This document shows, in pieces, positions 1 through 14,211 of a stretch of 20,000 nucleotides of DNA. Origin of the DNA: an uncultured virus (IMG/VR IMGVR_UViG_2897109615_000002) (taxonomy: Duplodnaviria; Heunggongvirae; Uroviricota; Caudoviricetes); IMG/VR virus record IMGVR_UViG_2897109615_000002, positions 107,162 through 127,161 of that record. One strand, 5' to 3'. Each line of letters begins with the position of its first letter. Positions within the stretch are counted from its first letter, which is position 1. The notes under the pieces are model-generated. The model did no database searches and was not told the DNA's origin. It saw only the letters and a program-made list of their open reading frames with translations. Position numbers and translations under genes: made by a program.

Positions 1-8
1 GTGGTTGG

Positions 9-635
9 ATGATTTGGGCTATCATTCTAATTTTAGTGGTTGGCGCTTTCATTATTATTGGGATTAGCGCTTCAGACAAACAAAAAGAAATAGACAAAAA
101 AAGAGCCGGAGAGATTGTTACGGTTGGGAATTTCCCTTCTAATTATAAGTCCATCATAAATCCAGATAAAAATGCAAAGCTTACTTTAATTGATCCAGAA
201 GATAAATTTGTAATTCACAGCTTCAAACAGGATGGAACATTAGAAGAGAGAATTGTCCCCTTCAGCAAAATAATTCAAGCTGAAGTTACAATTGATGATA
301 ACACAGTTACAAAAGTGTCCAAAGGAAGTCAAATAACAGGCGCTGTTGTTGGTGGGTTAGCAGCAGGAAGTATTGGAGCGTTAGTTGGCGGGCTATCTTC
401 TAATAAGACAGAAACAAAGTACTTCAAAAGAATTGATTTAAAATTAAAGCTCGATGATTTCTCTTCCCCTATTTACAGATTTGATTTCCTACCGAGTAAA
501 GATGAATTTGGCCTAGAGAATGTTAAAGGGTTTAAACAGGATGATCCGAAAGTTAAAGATGCTTTATCAAATGCTGAAATATGGCAAGGTATTATGGAGA
601 TAGCAATACGGAAAGCAAACAAAGTCGCTCAATAA
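9..635 (+). CDS. Single-pass membrane protein at the yomJ position; candidate superinfection exclusion/immunity protein
   Basis: N-terminal hydrophobic helix (MIWAIILILVVGAFIIIGIS) and a glycine-zipper segment (GAVVGGLAAGSIGALVGG). It lies directly upstream of yomI and is followed by its own terminator. Function is inferred from position only. Confidence 0.6.
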   Translation: MIWAIILILVVGAFIIIGISASDKQKEIDKKRAGEIVTVGNFPSNYKSIINPDKNAKLTLIDPEDKFVIHSFKQDGTLEERIVPFSKIIQAEVTIDDNTVTKVSKGSQITGAVVGGLAAGSIGALVGGLSSNKTETKYFKRIDLKLKLDDFSSPIYRFDFLPSKDEFGLENVKGFKQDDPKVKDALSNAEIWQGIMEIAIRKANKVAQ

Positions 636-649
636 TGAGTGGCTTTTTT
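621..649 (+). terminator. Rho-independent terminator after ORF 9-635
   Basis: AAAGTCGCTCA-ATAA-TGAGTGGCTTT hairpin (with G-U pairs) running into a T tract and overlapping the stop codon. Confidence 0.7.
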
Positions 650-698
650 ATGTGCCCTAAAAATCACTCTCCCCTACTCGAAAGGATGTGACCTATAT

Positions 699-3600
699 TT
701 GAGTCAAGATTTAAAGATCATACTCACACCCAAAGCTGATACTTCTTCAAAAACTGTCGAACAGTTAAATCAGCAAATTAAATCTTTAGAGAAAAAGCTA
801 AATTCCCTTAATTTAAAGACCAATATTGATGCCTCTGCTTTAAAGACTCTCAACGAATTCTCCTCTGCAGTTGACACTTATCAAAAACATCTCAAATCCT
901 TCAATCAAACAGTTAAAGAAACTACAACGATTACCAGAAATGCTGATGGCACTGTTGAAAAGCTTACGCAGCAGTATAAGAAAAATGGCGAAATCATTCA
1001 GCGTGAAACAAAGACCATAGACAATCGTAATCAATCATTACGTGAACAAACACAAGAAGTTAACAGGCTTGCTCAAGCCACTGAAAAACTTGGTCAGGTA
1101 CAGAAAAGAACAGAACAAAAGAATTCTCAAGGACAAACAACGAGAGTTACTCAAAAGAACCGCAATGGCTTCGATGATATAACTTATACGACTGACCCAA
1201 AAACAAACGCTACTTCATCAAAAGTAACAACGAATTATGATCAACAACGAAACGCTATTGAACAATTAAAGCTGGATTTAGAAAAACTTAGACAACAAGG
1301 AATTGTAACCGATACTACCCTCTCTTCTCTTGGCCGGAAATTAAACACTGCTCAAACAGCACAACAAATTGAAGCATTACAAAACAGAATTAAGATGCTC
1401 GATGATAAGTCTGCTGCTGTGGCGAAAAATAATGAACTCAGAAAAACTATTGAGTTGTATCAACGCCAAGCGCAGGTAAACGTACAAAACCTTAATACAC
1501 GTTACGGCGATACAATGGGTGCCGGCAATAGACAAGCTACTCAAGATTATTTAAATGCAGTAAATAGTCTTAATGTAAGTGCCGGCGGTAGTAATATCAG
1601 ATCTCAAATGCAAAGCTTGAACATGCAATTCAGGGAATTAGCTTCAAATGCTCAAACAGCGTCTAGTCAAGCCTCGTCTTTTGGTGCGGAGCTAACTCAA
1701 GCTTTCAAAAGCATGTCTACATATTTAATCTCCGGTTCTTTGTTCTATGGTGCTATATCTGGGCTCAAGGAAATGGTCTCCCAGGCTGTTGAAATTGATA
1801 CTCTAATGACAAACATCAGACGTGTAATGAATGAGCCTGATTATAAGTACAATGAGCTACTCGAGGAATCAATAAACCTAGGAGACACCCTTTCAAACAA
1901 GATCACTGACATACTTCAAATGACTGGCGATTTCGGGCGTATGGGGTTCGATGAAAGTGAACTGTCCACTCTAACAAAAACCGCTCAGGTACTTCAAAAC
2001 GTCTCTGACTTGACTCCTGACGACACAGTTAACACTTTAACTGCCGCAATGTTAAACTTCAATATTGCTGCGAATGATTCTATCTCAATTGCAGATAAGC
2101 TTAATGAAGTCGATAACAACTATGCTGTAACTACTCTTGACCTAGCGAATTCGATTCGAAAAGCAGGAAGCACCGCTTCCACTTTTGGCGTTGAATTAAA
2201 CGATCTGATTGGTTATACTACAGCAATTGCAAGTACCACCCGTGAATCAGGAAACATTGTTGGTAACTCACTTAAAACCATTTTTGCACGTATTGGGAAT
2301 AATGACAGCTCAATTAAAGCCTTAGAACAGATTGGTATTTCTGTGAAAACTGCCAGTGGTGAGGCGAAATCTGCTACTGATTTAATTAACGAGTTAGCAG
2401 ACAAATGGAATACCCTCAGCGATGCTCAAAAACAAAATACCTCAATAGGTGTAGCGGGCATTTATCAGCTTTCTAGATTTAATGCCTTGATGAATAATTT
2501 CTCCATATCACAAAATGCAGCGACCACTGCAGCTAATTCCGCAGGAAGCGCTTGGAGTGAACAGCAGAAATACGCTGACAGTTTACAGGCAAGATTAAAC
2601 AGGCTGTCAAACGCATTTACAGAAATGTCGGTTGCCTCAAGTGAAGCCTTCATCTCTAATAGCATTGTTGTTTTTGCAGATGCACTTAAAGGATTAATGC
2701 AAACAAGTGCTCAAATTACTAAAACAGTCGGGCTCCTCCCTCAAGTTTTTGGTTCTGCGACAACTGCAATCCTGCTTTTCAACACCTCTCTTCGTACAGC
2801 TACCATCTCAACTGGAATGTCTGCAATATCAACCCTTAAAAATCTTGTCTTAAACTTTAATGCTGTTGGGCTTGGTGCAACAACAGCTTCAGCTAAAACT
2901 GCAGTTTGGACACGAGTGGTTAATGCTTCAAGCGTTGCGATGAGCAATCTAAAGAAAGTCGCAGTCTCGACAAGCGCTTTTTTAGCAGGCAGTTTTCTTC
3001 CAATGGCAGCTATGGTTGGACTTGGCGTCGTTATTGAGAAACTCATTTCCTCTTATTCTGAATTAAAACAAGCTAGGGAAGACTTTGAACAAGCTAAAAC
3101 TACTAGCATTGAAGCAATTACAACCAATAAAGATGAAACTGATAAACTGATTAGCCAATACAAAGAACTGCAAAAGGCTAAAGATGGCGGGGCTTTATCA
3201 GCCAATCAGGAGCAAGAATACCTACAAGTAACACAACAATTAGCACAAACATTCCCGAATTTGATCGCTGGTTATGATTCTCAAGGGCAAGCAATCTTAA
3301 AGAAAAACCAAGCACTTAAGGATGCTATAAAGTACACTGAAGACCTTAGTAATTTAAACAAAAAAGACATTCAAACAGGTGCCAATAGTAACTTTAAGCA
3401 AAGCTTAAAAGACATTGATAAACTCAATGATAAGATTAAACAGTATAAGCAGGTTGCTGATTATTATAAAAACGGCAAGAGCTGGGATATTTTCTCTTCT
3501 GAAAATGACAAAAAAAATCAAGGTATTAAAGCTGAACAAGATGCACTACGTACTGAACAAGAGCTATCCAGCTCACAGGCTAAAATTAGAGAGCAAGTGC

Positions 3601-5099
3601 AACAGACAATTGATGCCTTTAACTCAATAAAGATAAATCCGAATCTTTCAAGGGAAATATCTAACGCATTCGATAAAATCGACTTCAGCAAAATGAATGC
3701 AGATGAACTTGAGTCATTTTCAATAAATGTTTCGAAATACATGGATAATATCCAAAAAGCTCTGCAATCGGGCAATAAAAATAATTTTGATTCCGCCTCT
3801 AAAAGCTTAGAACAGCTCGTTAATCAATATATGAGTGGCAAAGATAAAGCTAATGGTTTGGCTTTATCTTATGATGACCTTAAAACTGCCATTGACTCTA
3901 CAAATGATTCTGCACAAACTGCAAAAGTAACATGGGATGAAAATGGTGAAGGTGTAGATGCATTAGGTGAGCAAGTCGGGAATTTATCTGACAAGCTCAA
4001 AGAGGCTAAAGGTGATTTTGAAGCAATTAAAGGAATCATCGATGATTTAGTTGAATCGAAACAAAATGATGCTGCTATATCTGCCATTCAAAATGAAGCT
4101 TATGACACTATGTCTGACAGCATCTCCCCTTTAAATAGCCTCCTTGAGAAAATGTCTGAAGGTAAAAGTATATCTGCAACAGAAGCCATGAAGCTTATTC
4201 AGAAAGAACATGATCTTGCTGATGCAATTTCAGTTGAAAATGGTGTTGTAAAAATCAACAGAAATGCAGTTGTTAAGCTTCGGGACACAAAACTCAAAGC
4301 TTACAATGATATGCAACAATCTGTAAGACAAGATCTAATTAATCAGGCTAATGCATTAAACAAAAAGATTAATATGTATAAGTCTGAAGTCAAGGCTATC
4401 AAGACTGTTCAAGACGCTTATAAAATGAAGTCTGAGCTTGAAGATAACAAGAAAAAGATATACGACGAACTAAAAAAAGGGAACAGTGGTGCGCTGCAGT
4501 TCCTACCGAAAACACAGGATGATTTAAATCAGGTCACTGATATCACTGATCAGCTTAAAGAGCTTGATAAACTAGCCGATTTGGCTTCAACTTCCCTATC
4601 TGAAACAGGAACATCTCTTGATGACCTGTCTTCTTCAAGTGATAAAGCCTCTGAGGAAATGAAAACATCTATGTATGTGGCTGATAAATACAAGGAAGCT
4701 CTGGAGAAAGTCAACGCTGAAGTTGAAAAGTACAATAAGCAGGTAAACGACTATCCAAAGTATTCTCAAAGTTATCGAAATGCCCTGCAGAAAGAAATTA
4801 AAGCTCTCCAACAAAAGAAAAAGCTTATGCAGGAGCAAGCCAAACTCCTCAAGGATCAAATTAAGTCAGGGAACATTACACAATACGGTATTGTAACCTC
4901 TTCCCTCTCCGCTGGTTCATCTTCTGGTAGTTCTTATACTTCCGGTGGCGGGTCTTACTCCGGTAAATACTCCAGTTACATTAATTCTGCGGCAAGTAAA
5001 TACGGTGTTGATCCAGCTCTAATTGCAGCTGTGATTCAGCAAGAATCTGGTTTCAATGCAAGAGCTCGTTCTGGAGCTGGAGCTGCTGGTTTGATGCAG
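699..5099 (+). CDS. yomI: Tape measure protein / peptidoglycan hydrolase YomI (CwlP), exon 1 (1467 codons)
   Basis: SD-like AAAGGATGTG (681-690) precedes an in-frame TTG at 699. Contains a TP901-type tape measure core, hydrophobic central segments and long coiled coils. It ends in the first half of the lytic transglycosylase: AAVIQQES (catalytic Glu codon 5043-5045) ... GAAGLMQ. Confidence 0.92.
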
Positions 5100-5370
5100 G
5101 TGCGACCGTAAGGTCATGTAAGAAATTTTCTTTAGCAAGAAACAGGTACGATCACGTCTCCTGTCATCACTCAACTTATCCGGGAAGGAAACTGAACGGG
5201 GAGTGTAGCATGTTGAGAAAGCCATAAGTTATCGAAATACCACGGTACGACTGAATGGCAAGATGAAAAGTTGTAAACAAGGATGAAAGCTAAACTGCTT
5301 AAACGATAGTCCGAGGTGATTAAAGGGCCATCTATAACGGAAGGTATTTATAAACGTTATACAACCAATA

Positions 5371-5399
5371 CCCTATTGATTAATTGCATGTCAATCGGG
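5371..5399 (+). other. Intron domain I EBS1/delta stem-loop
   Basis: Stem CCCTATTGA/TCAATCGGG. The loop contains TAATTGCAT (5381-5389), complementary to the ligated junction ATGCAG|TTG with two G-U pairs. It lies ~285 nt into the intron, similar to EBS1 in LtrB. Confidence 0.75.
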
Positions 5400-5657
5400 A
5401 GTGATCTAAAGGTTGACCGTCTTCAATAAGAAGAAAAGGACGAACGTCGCATCCGAAATTACAACGCGCTTGTTCTTACATGTGCTAAACGGTGATTACC
5501 TAAGTTGGAATGCTTAATAGCTATGGCATTTAGTGCCTGAATATCCAATAAGGTAACGGAGTTTCCGTAGTAGTCCGAGGTAGGGAAAGCCTACCACATG
5601 GCGAAGGGAAACAGCTTATCATGTCTTACACAAAAATGGAAAGGAGCGTGAGGCTCT

Positions 5658-7481
5658 ATGAGAAGTCCACAAGTCGTGTTAGACAGTCTAGCGAGACAAA
5701 CAACTCGTTCGGATTATAAATTTAAACGTCTATATAGAAATTTGTACAACACGGAATTTTATCTCTTAGCCTATTCAAACATCTATTCTAAAGAAGGAAA
5801 TATGACAGAAGGTGCCGACGGTCAAACTATCGACGGTATGAGCCTAGAACGCATTGAGAATTTGATTAACAGTCTTAAAGATCACAGCTATCAACCAAAA
5901 CCATCGAAACGAACATATATCCCAAAGAAGAACGGGAAAAAACGTCCATTGGGTATACCATCATTCGAAGATAAGTTGCTACAGGAAGTAGTGAGAATGC
6001 TTCTTTCAAGCATCTATGACAAAACGTTTTCCACAGTGTCCCACGGGTTTCGGCCTAATCGAAGTTGTCATACTGCTCTAACCCAGGCAAAAAATAAATT
6101 CACTGGTACTAAGTGGTTCATAGAAGGCGATATAAAAGGTTTCTTTGACAACATAGATCATCATATCCTTATAAACATTCTCAGAAGGAAAATTGATGAC
6201 GAAAACTTTATTAGTCTCATATGGAAATTCCTCAGAGCAGGCTTTCTTGAAGATTGGGTGTATCGTAAAACTTACAGTGGAACACCTCAAGGTGGGATCA
6301 TAAGCCCCATACTGTCGAATATCTACTTGAATGAACTGGATCAGTTCATCGAGAAATATAAAACATCTTTCGACAAAGGTAATTCTCGCAAGAGATTGAC
6401 AGAGTACCGCACAAAAGAAACGCGGCTCTTCCGAGCGAGAAATAAATACAAAAACAATTGGGACGACATGAACGAACAAGAAAAAGAAGATGCAATAGTT
6501 CACCTTAAACAACTTAAAAATGAAATGATGGAATTACCATATAAAGACCCTATGGACGATGGTTTTAAAAGGTTGCAATACGTGCGATACGCTGATGATT
6601 TCATTATCGGTGTTATTGGTAGCAAAGAGGACTGTGAAAGAATTAAAAAAGACATCACAGAATATCTTATCCAAGAGCTCAAAGTCGAGCTATCTCAAGA
6701 GAAAACACTAATCACCCACTCATCCAACAGAGCAAGATTCTTGGGATATGACATAAAGGTCAGTCATGATCCTTTAACTTCAAAACGCACCAGTAGTGGA
6801 CACAAGCAACGAACCAGATCAATGGTTTGTGAACTTCTTGTCCCTCATGAAGCGTGGAGAAACAAGCTTATTGAATACAAAGCGATAAGAATAGATTCGA
6901 AGAATCAGAAATGGAAATCAATGCACAGATCCCATCTTCTTCAAAATGATGACTTAGAGATCCTTGCGATATACAATGCTGAAATCAGAGGGTTATACAA
7001 CTATTATCGCTTAGCAAATAATGCATACAAGCTTCATCGCTTTAGTTACATTATGGAATACAGCATGTACAAAACATTTGCTTGTAAGTACAAATCAAGC
7101 GTTAGCAAAATCATCAGTAAGTATAGTGTGAATGGCAAATTTGCCGTAAGGTATCAGACGAAGAATGGGCAAAGAATTTCCTACTTTTACAATGATGGGT
7201 TTAGAAAGCAAACCGAAATTTCCAAAGATATCTCTATAGACGCCGTCCCGATGGGACGAGGAATTATTTATAATAGAACGAGTTTGATTGATAGACTTTT
7301 AGCGGAAAAATGCGAATGGTGCAATAGTACAAACGTGCCACTTGAAATTCATCACGTTAGGAAGCTAAAAGACCTAAAAGGCAAGAAAAGATGGGAAAAG
7401 CGCATGGTTGAAAGAAAACGTAAAACCATGGCGCTTTGTAAAGACTGCCATCTCAAATTGCACAACGGAAAGCTAGATTGA
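5658..7481 (+). CDS. ltrA: Group II intron-encoded protein: reverse transcriptase/maturase with C-terminal HNH endonuclease (LtrA-like)
   Basis: RT motifs RPLGIP, SHGFRPNRSCHTAL, EGDIKGFFDNIDH, GTPQGGIISPILSNIYL, YVRYADD (YADD 6588-6599) and FLGY. X domain EIRGLYNYY. Endonuclease domain CEWC...EIHHVRKLKDL...CKDCHLKLH. Confidence 0.96.
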   Translation: MRSPQVVLDSLARQTTRSDYKFKRLYRNLYNTEFYLLAYSNIYSKEGNMTEGADGQTIDGMSLERIENLINSLKDHSYQPKPSKRTYIPKKNGKKRPLGIPSFEDKLLQEVVRMLLSSIYDKTFSTVSHGFRPNRSCHTALTQAKNKFTGTKWFIEGDIKGFFDNIDHHILINILRRKIDDENFISLIWKFLRAGFLEDWVYRKTYSGTPQGGIISPILSNIYLNELDQFIEKYKTSFDKGNSRKRLTEYRTKETRLFRARNKYKNNWDDMNEQEKEDAIVHLKQLKNEMMELPYKDPMDDGFKRLQYVRYADDFIIGVIGSKEDCERIKKDITEYLIQELKVELSQEKTLITHSSNRARFLGYDIKVSHDPLTSKRTSSGHKQRTRSMVCELLVPHEAWRNKLIEYKAIRIDSKNQKWKSMHRSHLLQNDDLEILAIYNAEIRGLYNYYRLANNAYKLHRFSYIMEYSMYKTFACKYKSSVSKIISKYSVNGKFAVRYQTKNGQRISYFYNDGFRKQTEISKDISIDAVPMGRGIIYNRTSLIDRLLAEKCEWCNSTNVPLEIHHVRKLKDLKGKKRWEKRMVERKRKTMALCKDCHLKLHNGKLD

Positions 7482-7489
7482 TAAGTGGA

Positions 7490-7584
7490 GAGCCGTATAC
7501 ATCGAGAGGTGTACGTACGGTTCGGAGAGGAGTTCTTGGAAACCTAGCATAGAGATATGCCAAGGCGCCGGGTTCTTACTCTAC
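7490..7584 (+). ncRNA. Group II intron catalytic domain V and branch domain VI
   Basis: 34-nt DV GAGCCGTAT-ACATC-GAGA-GGTGT-AC-GTACGGTTC with AGC triad, GNRA loop and AC bulge. The DVI stem has a bulged A 7 nt from the 3' end (IIA spacing), and the intron ends in AC. Confidence 0.93.
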
Positions 7585-10074
7585 TTGATGCCATCCACAG
7601 CTAAGAGCTTGGGTGTAAGCAATGTTTATGATCCTTATCAGAGCATTATGGGTGGTACGAAATATCTAGCCCAACAACTAAGCAAATTTGGTGGCAATGT
7701 TGAGAAAGCACTTGCTGCTTATAACGCAGGGCCTGGTAATGTAATTAAATATGGCGGCGTCCCTCCCTTCAAAGAAACTCAGAATTATGTTCAGAAGATC
7801 ATGTCAAACTACACCAAGTCAATGACTTCCGCTAATTCCTCCATTGCAAGCTACTACACGAAGAACAGCGCTTTTAGAATAAGTTCTAAGTATGGTGCAC
7901 AAGATGGCGCTTACCGATCAACTCCACATAAAGGTGTCGACTTCGCAGCAAAAGCTGGAACCGCAATCAAATCGGTTCAGAGTGGGAAAGTTCAAATTGC
8001 TGGCTATAGTAAAACTGCCGGTAACTGGGTTGTCATTCAGCAGGATGATGGAAAAGTTGCTAAGTATATGCATATGCTTGATACCCCTTCTGTTAAAGCC
8101 GGTCAAACTGTTAAAGCTGGTCAGACCATCGGTAAAGTTGGCAGTACGGGTAATTCAACAGGAAATCACCTTCATCTTCAAATTGAGGAAAACGGAAAGA
8201 CCATTGACCCTGAGAAGTATTTAAAAGGTGTCGGTACATCTATTTCAGATGCATCTCAAGCTGAAGCAGAACGACAGCAAGCAATAGCACAAGCCAAATC
8301 CGATCTTCTCTCCCTCCAAGGTGACATTGACTCAGTAAACGATCAGATACAAGAGCTCAGATATGAGATCGTTCAATCGAAGCTCGATGAGTATGACAAA
8401 CGTATTGGTGATTTTGATGTAAGAATCGCTAAAGACAAAGCCCTCGCTAGTCATTATCTGAGCGATAGTAAAGAGTTCCGTAAGTATACAAACGATCAGA
8501 AAAAAGCTTTAACTGAACAGCAAAAGATTCAGAGTCAGAAGGTTTCTTTTATTGAAAAAGAAATCAAAACAAACAAAACTTTGAATGCTGCTCAAAGAGC
8601 ACAGCTTGCTGAGGAATTAAAACAAGCTAAGATTGATCTCATCAATTTCCAAGAAGAAGTAAGAGAACTTCAGGGACAGCTCATCCAATCCAAAGTTGAT
8701 GAAACGCTTAACGGCATAGAGAAATCAACCAAGAAAACTGAATCCAAGCTTAAAGATGTTGGAAACAAAATATCCATGACCGAGGAAGATAAAGACAAGG
8801 TTAAATATTATAGCCAACAGATTAAGCTTATTCAGCAACAGCAGACTGAAGCGAAGAAGTATATCAAACAGTTGGAAGCACAAAAGAAAGCTGCCAAAGG
8901 GTTCCCGGATATTCAGAAACAAATTACTGAAGAAATCGAGAACTGGAAAGACAAGCAGAAGGATTACAATCTGGAGCTTTACAACACAAAGAAATCAATC
9001 AAAGATGTGTACAAATCCCTTGCTGATGAAGTTGTCTCCATCTACAAAGAGATGTACGAAAAGATGCGTGATATTGAATTAAAAGCGCATCAAAAAGCTA
9101 CGCAAGACTTGATTGATGAGATTGATAAAACTGATGATGAAGCTAAATACCAAAAAGAGCTCAAAGAAAAGAATCAGGCTATTCAGGAAACCAAAGATAA
9201 ACTAAACAAACTATCCCTTGATGACTCTGATGAAGCAAAATCACAGGTTAAAGACTTGGAAAAGCAACTTCAAGAACAGCAAGAAGCATTAGATGAGTTT
9301 CTTAAAGATCGTGAAAACAGTAAACGAAAAGAATCGTTACAAGATCAGCTTCAAAAAGATGAAGATTCAATTAACAAGAAATATGATGATCTCGTCAATG
9401 ATGAGCGTGGGTTTAAGGAACTTGAGAAAAAGCTAATGGATGGGAAGATTACTGATATTGCTAAGCAACTGAATGAATTCTCTAAGTTCATTAACAGCAA
9501 TATGGAGTCCATTGGGAAAAGCATCTCTAATAACCTTATCGATAAGCTTAAAGAAGCCTCTAATGCCCTTAATACTGTGACCAAAGGCAATAAAACTGGA
9601 AAAAAGGTATCTTCTTTTGCATCGGGTGGATACACAGGAACAGGACTCGGCGCAGGTAAGCTCGCCTTCCTTCATGATAAAGAGCTTATCCTAAATAAAA
9701 CAGATACTGAAAATATGCTTGAAACTGTAAAGCAAGTTCGCAATCTGTCTAATAACGATTTGAATAATGAAACACCTAAATGGGGGCAAGGTGGAAAATT
9801 AGCAGCTTTGATTAACAAAGGGATTACCTCTATTCCATCAATAATTCCGAATATTAATCAATCCAGTCTTTCTAATAGTTTGATACCGAGTATTCAAAGC
9901 CTCTCTTCCCCACCAGATGCTACTAAGTCAGTAAACGGCACTGTAAACAACAATAATTTTAAAGCTACATTTAACATTAATGAATCAGAAAATCCTCAGA
10001 AAACAGCTGATTTTGTATTCAATAAATTTGCAAATGGTCTTAAAAACAAGGGCATAAATTTCAACAACTCATGA
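7585..10074 (+). CDS. yomI: YomI (CwlP) exon 2: rest of lytic transglycosylase, M23 peptidase, coiled-coil C-terminus
   Basis: LMPSTA...ALAAYNAGPGNV...ETQNYV completes the SLT fold. M23 motifs HKGVD (7927) and HLH (8167-8175) follow, then a typical tape measure C-terminal FASGGYTG...LHDKELIL motif. Confidence 0.92.
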   Translation: MMPSTAKSLGVSNVYDPYQSIMGGTKYLAQQLSKFGGNVEKALAAYNAGPGNVIKYGGVPPFKETQNYVQKIMSNYTKSMTSANSSIASYYTKNSAFRISSKYGAQDGAYRSTPHKGVDFAAKAGTAIKSVQSGKVQIAGYSKTAGNWVVIQQDDGKVAKYMHMLDTPSVKAGQTVKAGQTIGKVGSTGNSTGNHLHLQIEENGKTIDPEKYLKGVGTSISDASQAEAERQQAIAQAKSDLLSLQGDIDSVNDQIQELRYEIVQSKLDEYDKRIGDFDVRIAKDKALASHYLSDSKEFRKYTNDQKKALTEQQKIQSQKVSFIEKEIKTNKTLNAAQRAQLAEELKQAKIDLINFQEEVRELQGQLIQSKVDETLNGIEKSTKKTESKLKDVGNKISMTEEDKDKVKYYSQQIKLIQQQQTEAKKYIKQLEAQKKAAKGFPDIQKQITEEIENWKDKQKDYNLELYNTKKSIKDVYKSLADEVVSIYKEMYEKMRDIELKAHQKATQDLIDEIDKTDDEAKYQKELKEKNQAIQETKDKLNKLSLDDSDEAKSQVKDLEKQLQEQQEALDEFLKDRENSKRKESLQDQLQKDEDSINKKYDDLVNDERGFKELEKKLMDGKITDIAKQLNEFSKFINSNMESIGKSISNNLIDKLKEASNALNTVTKGNKTGKKVSSFASGGYTGTGLGAGKLAFLHDKELILNKTDTENMLETVKQVRNLSNNDLNNETPKWGQGGKLAALINKGITSIPSIIPNINQSSLSNSLIPSIQSLSSPPDATKSVNGTVNNNNFKATFNINESENPQKTADFVFNKFANGLKNKGINFNNS

Positions 10075-10105
10075 GCCAGTGTATATGCTGGCTCTTCTTA
10101 TTTTT
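10073..10105 (+). terminator. Terminator-like hairpin between yomI and yomH
   Basis: GAGCCAGT-GTATAT-GCTGGCTC followed by TTCTTATTTTT. Confidence 0.5.
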
Positions 10106-10118
10106 GAGGTGATAAAAA

Positions 10119-14191
<4,073 letters not shown>

Positions 14192-14211
14192 GAAAGGACG
14201 GTGAATTTAGT

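Larger units (their letters stand above)
5100..7584 (+). mobile_element. Group II intron, subgroup IIA (Ll.LtrB-like), 2485 nt, apparently intact
   Basis: 5' end GTGCG at 5100 and 3' end ...CTCTAC at 7584. Domain V (7490-7523), domain VI with bulged A (7578) and an RT/maturase/endonuclease ORF are present. Removing the element restores CAG|TTG ATG CCA = GLMQ-LMPSTA in frame. Confidence 0.96.

Noticed and set aside
639..698. ORF-track start of the tape measure gene at GTG 639
   Set aside because: This codon lies within a terminator stem and has no SD. TTG 699 has an SD and matches the YomI-like N-terminus.
4895..4985. Ser/Gly-rich low-complexity stretch as a repeat element
   Set aside because: Ordinary flexible linker before the SLT domain. 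No CRISPR-like or tandem DNA array was seen in the window.
5658..7481. RT as a diversity-generating retroelement, retron or Abi defence RT near tail genes
   Set aside because: It has X and HNH domains and sits inside complete group II intron RNA boundaries. I saw no TR/VR repeat pair or msr-msd structure.
7585..10074. Independent 829-aa gene starting at TTG 7585
   Set aside because: No SD is present, it begins mid-SLT domain, and the start coincides exactly with the intron 3' splice site. It is exon 2.
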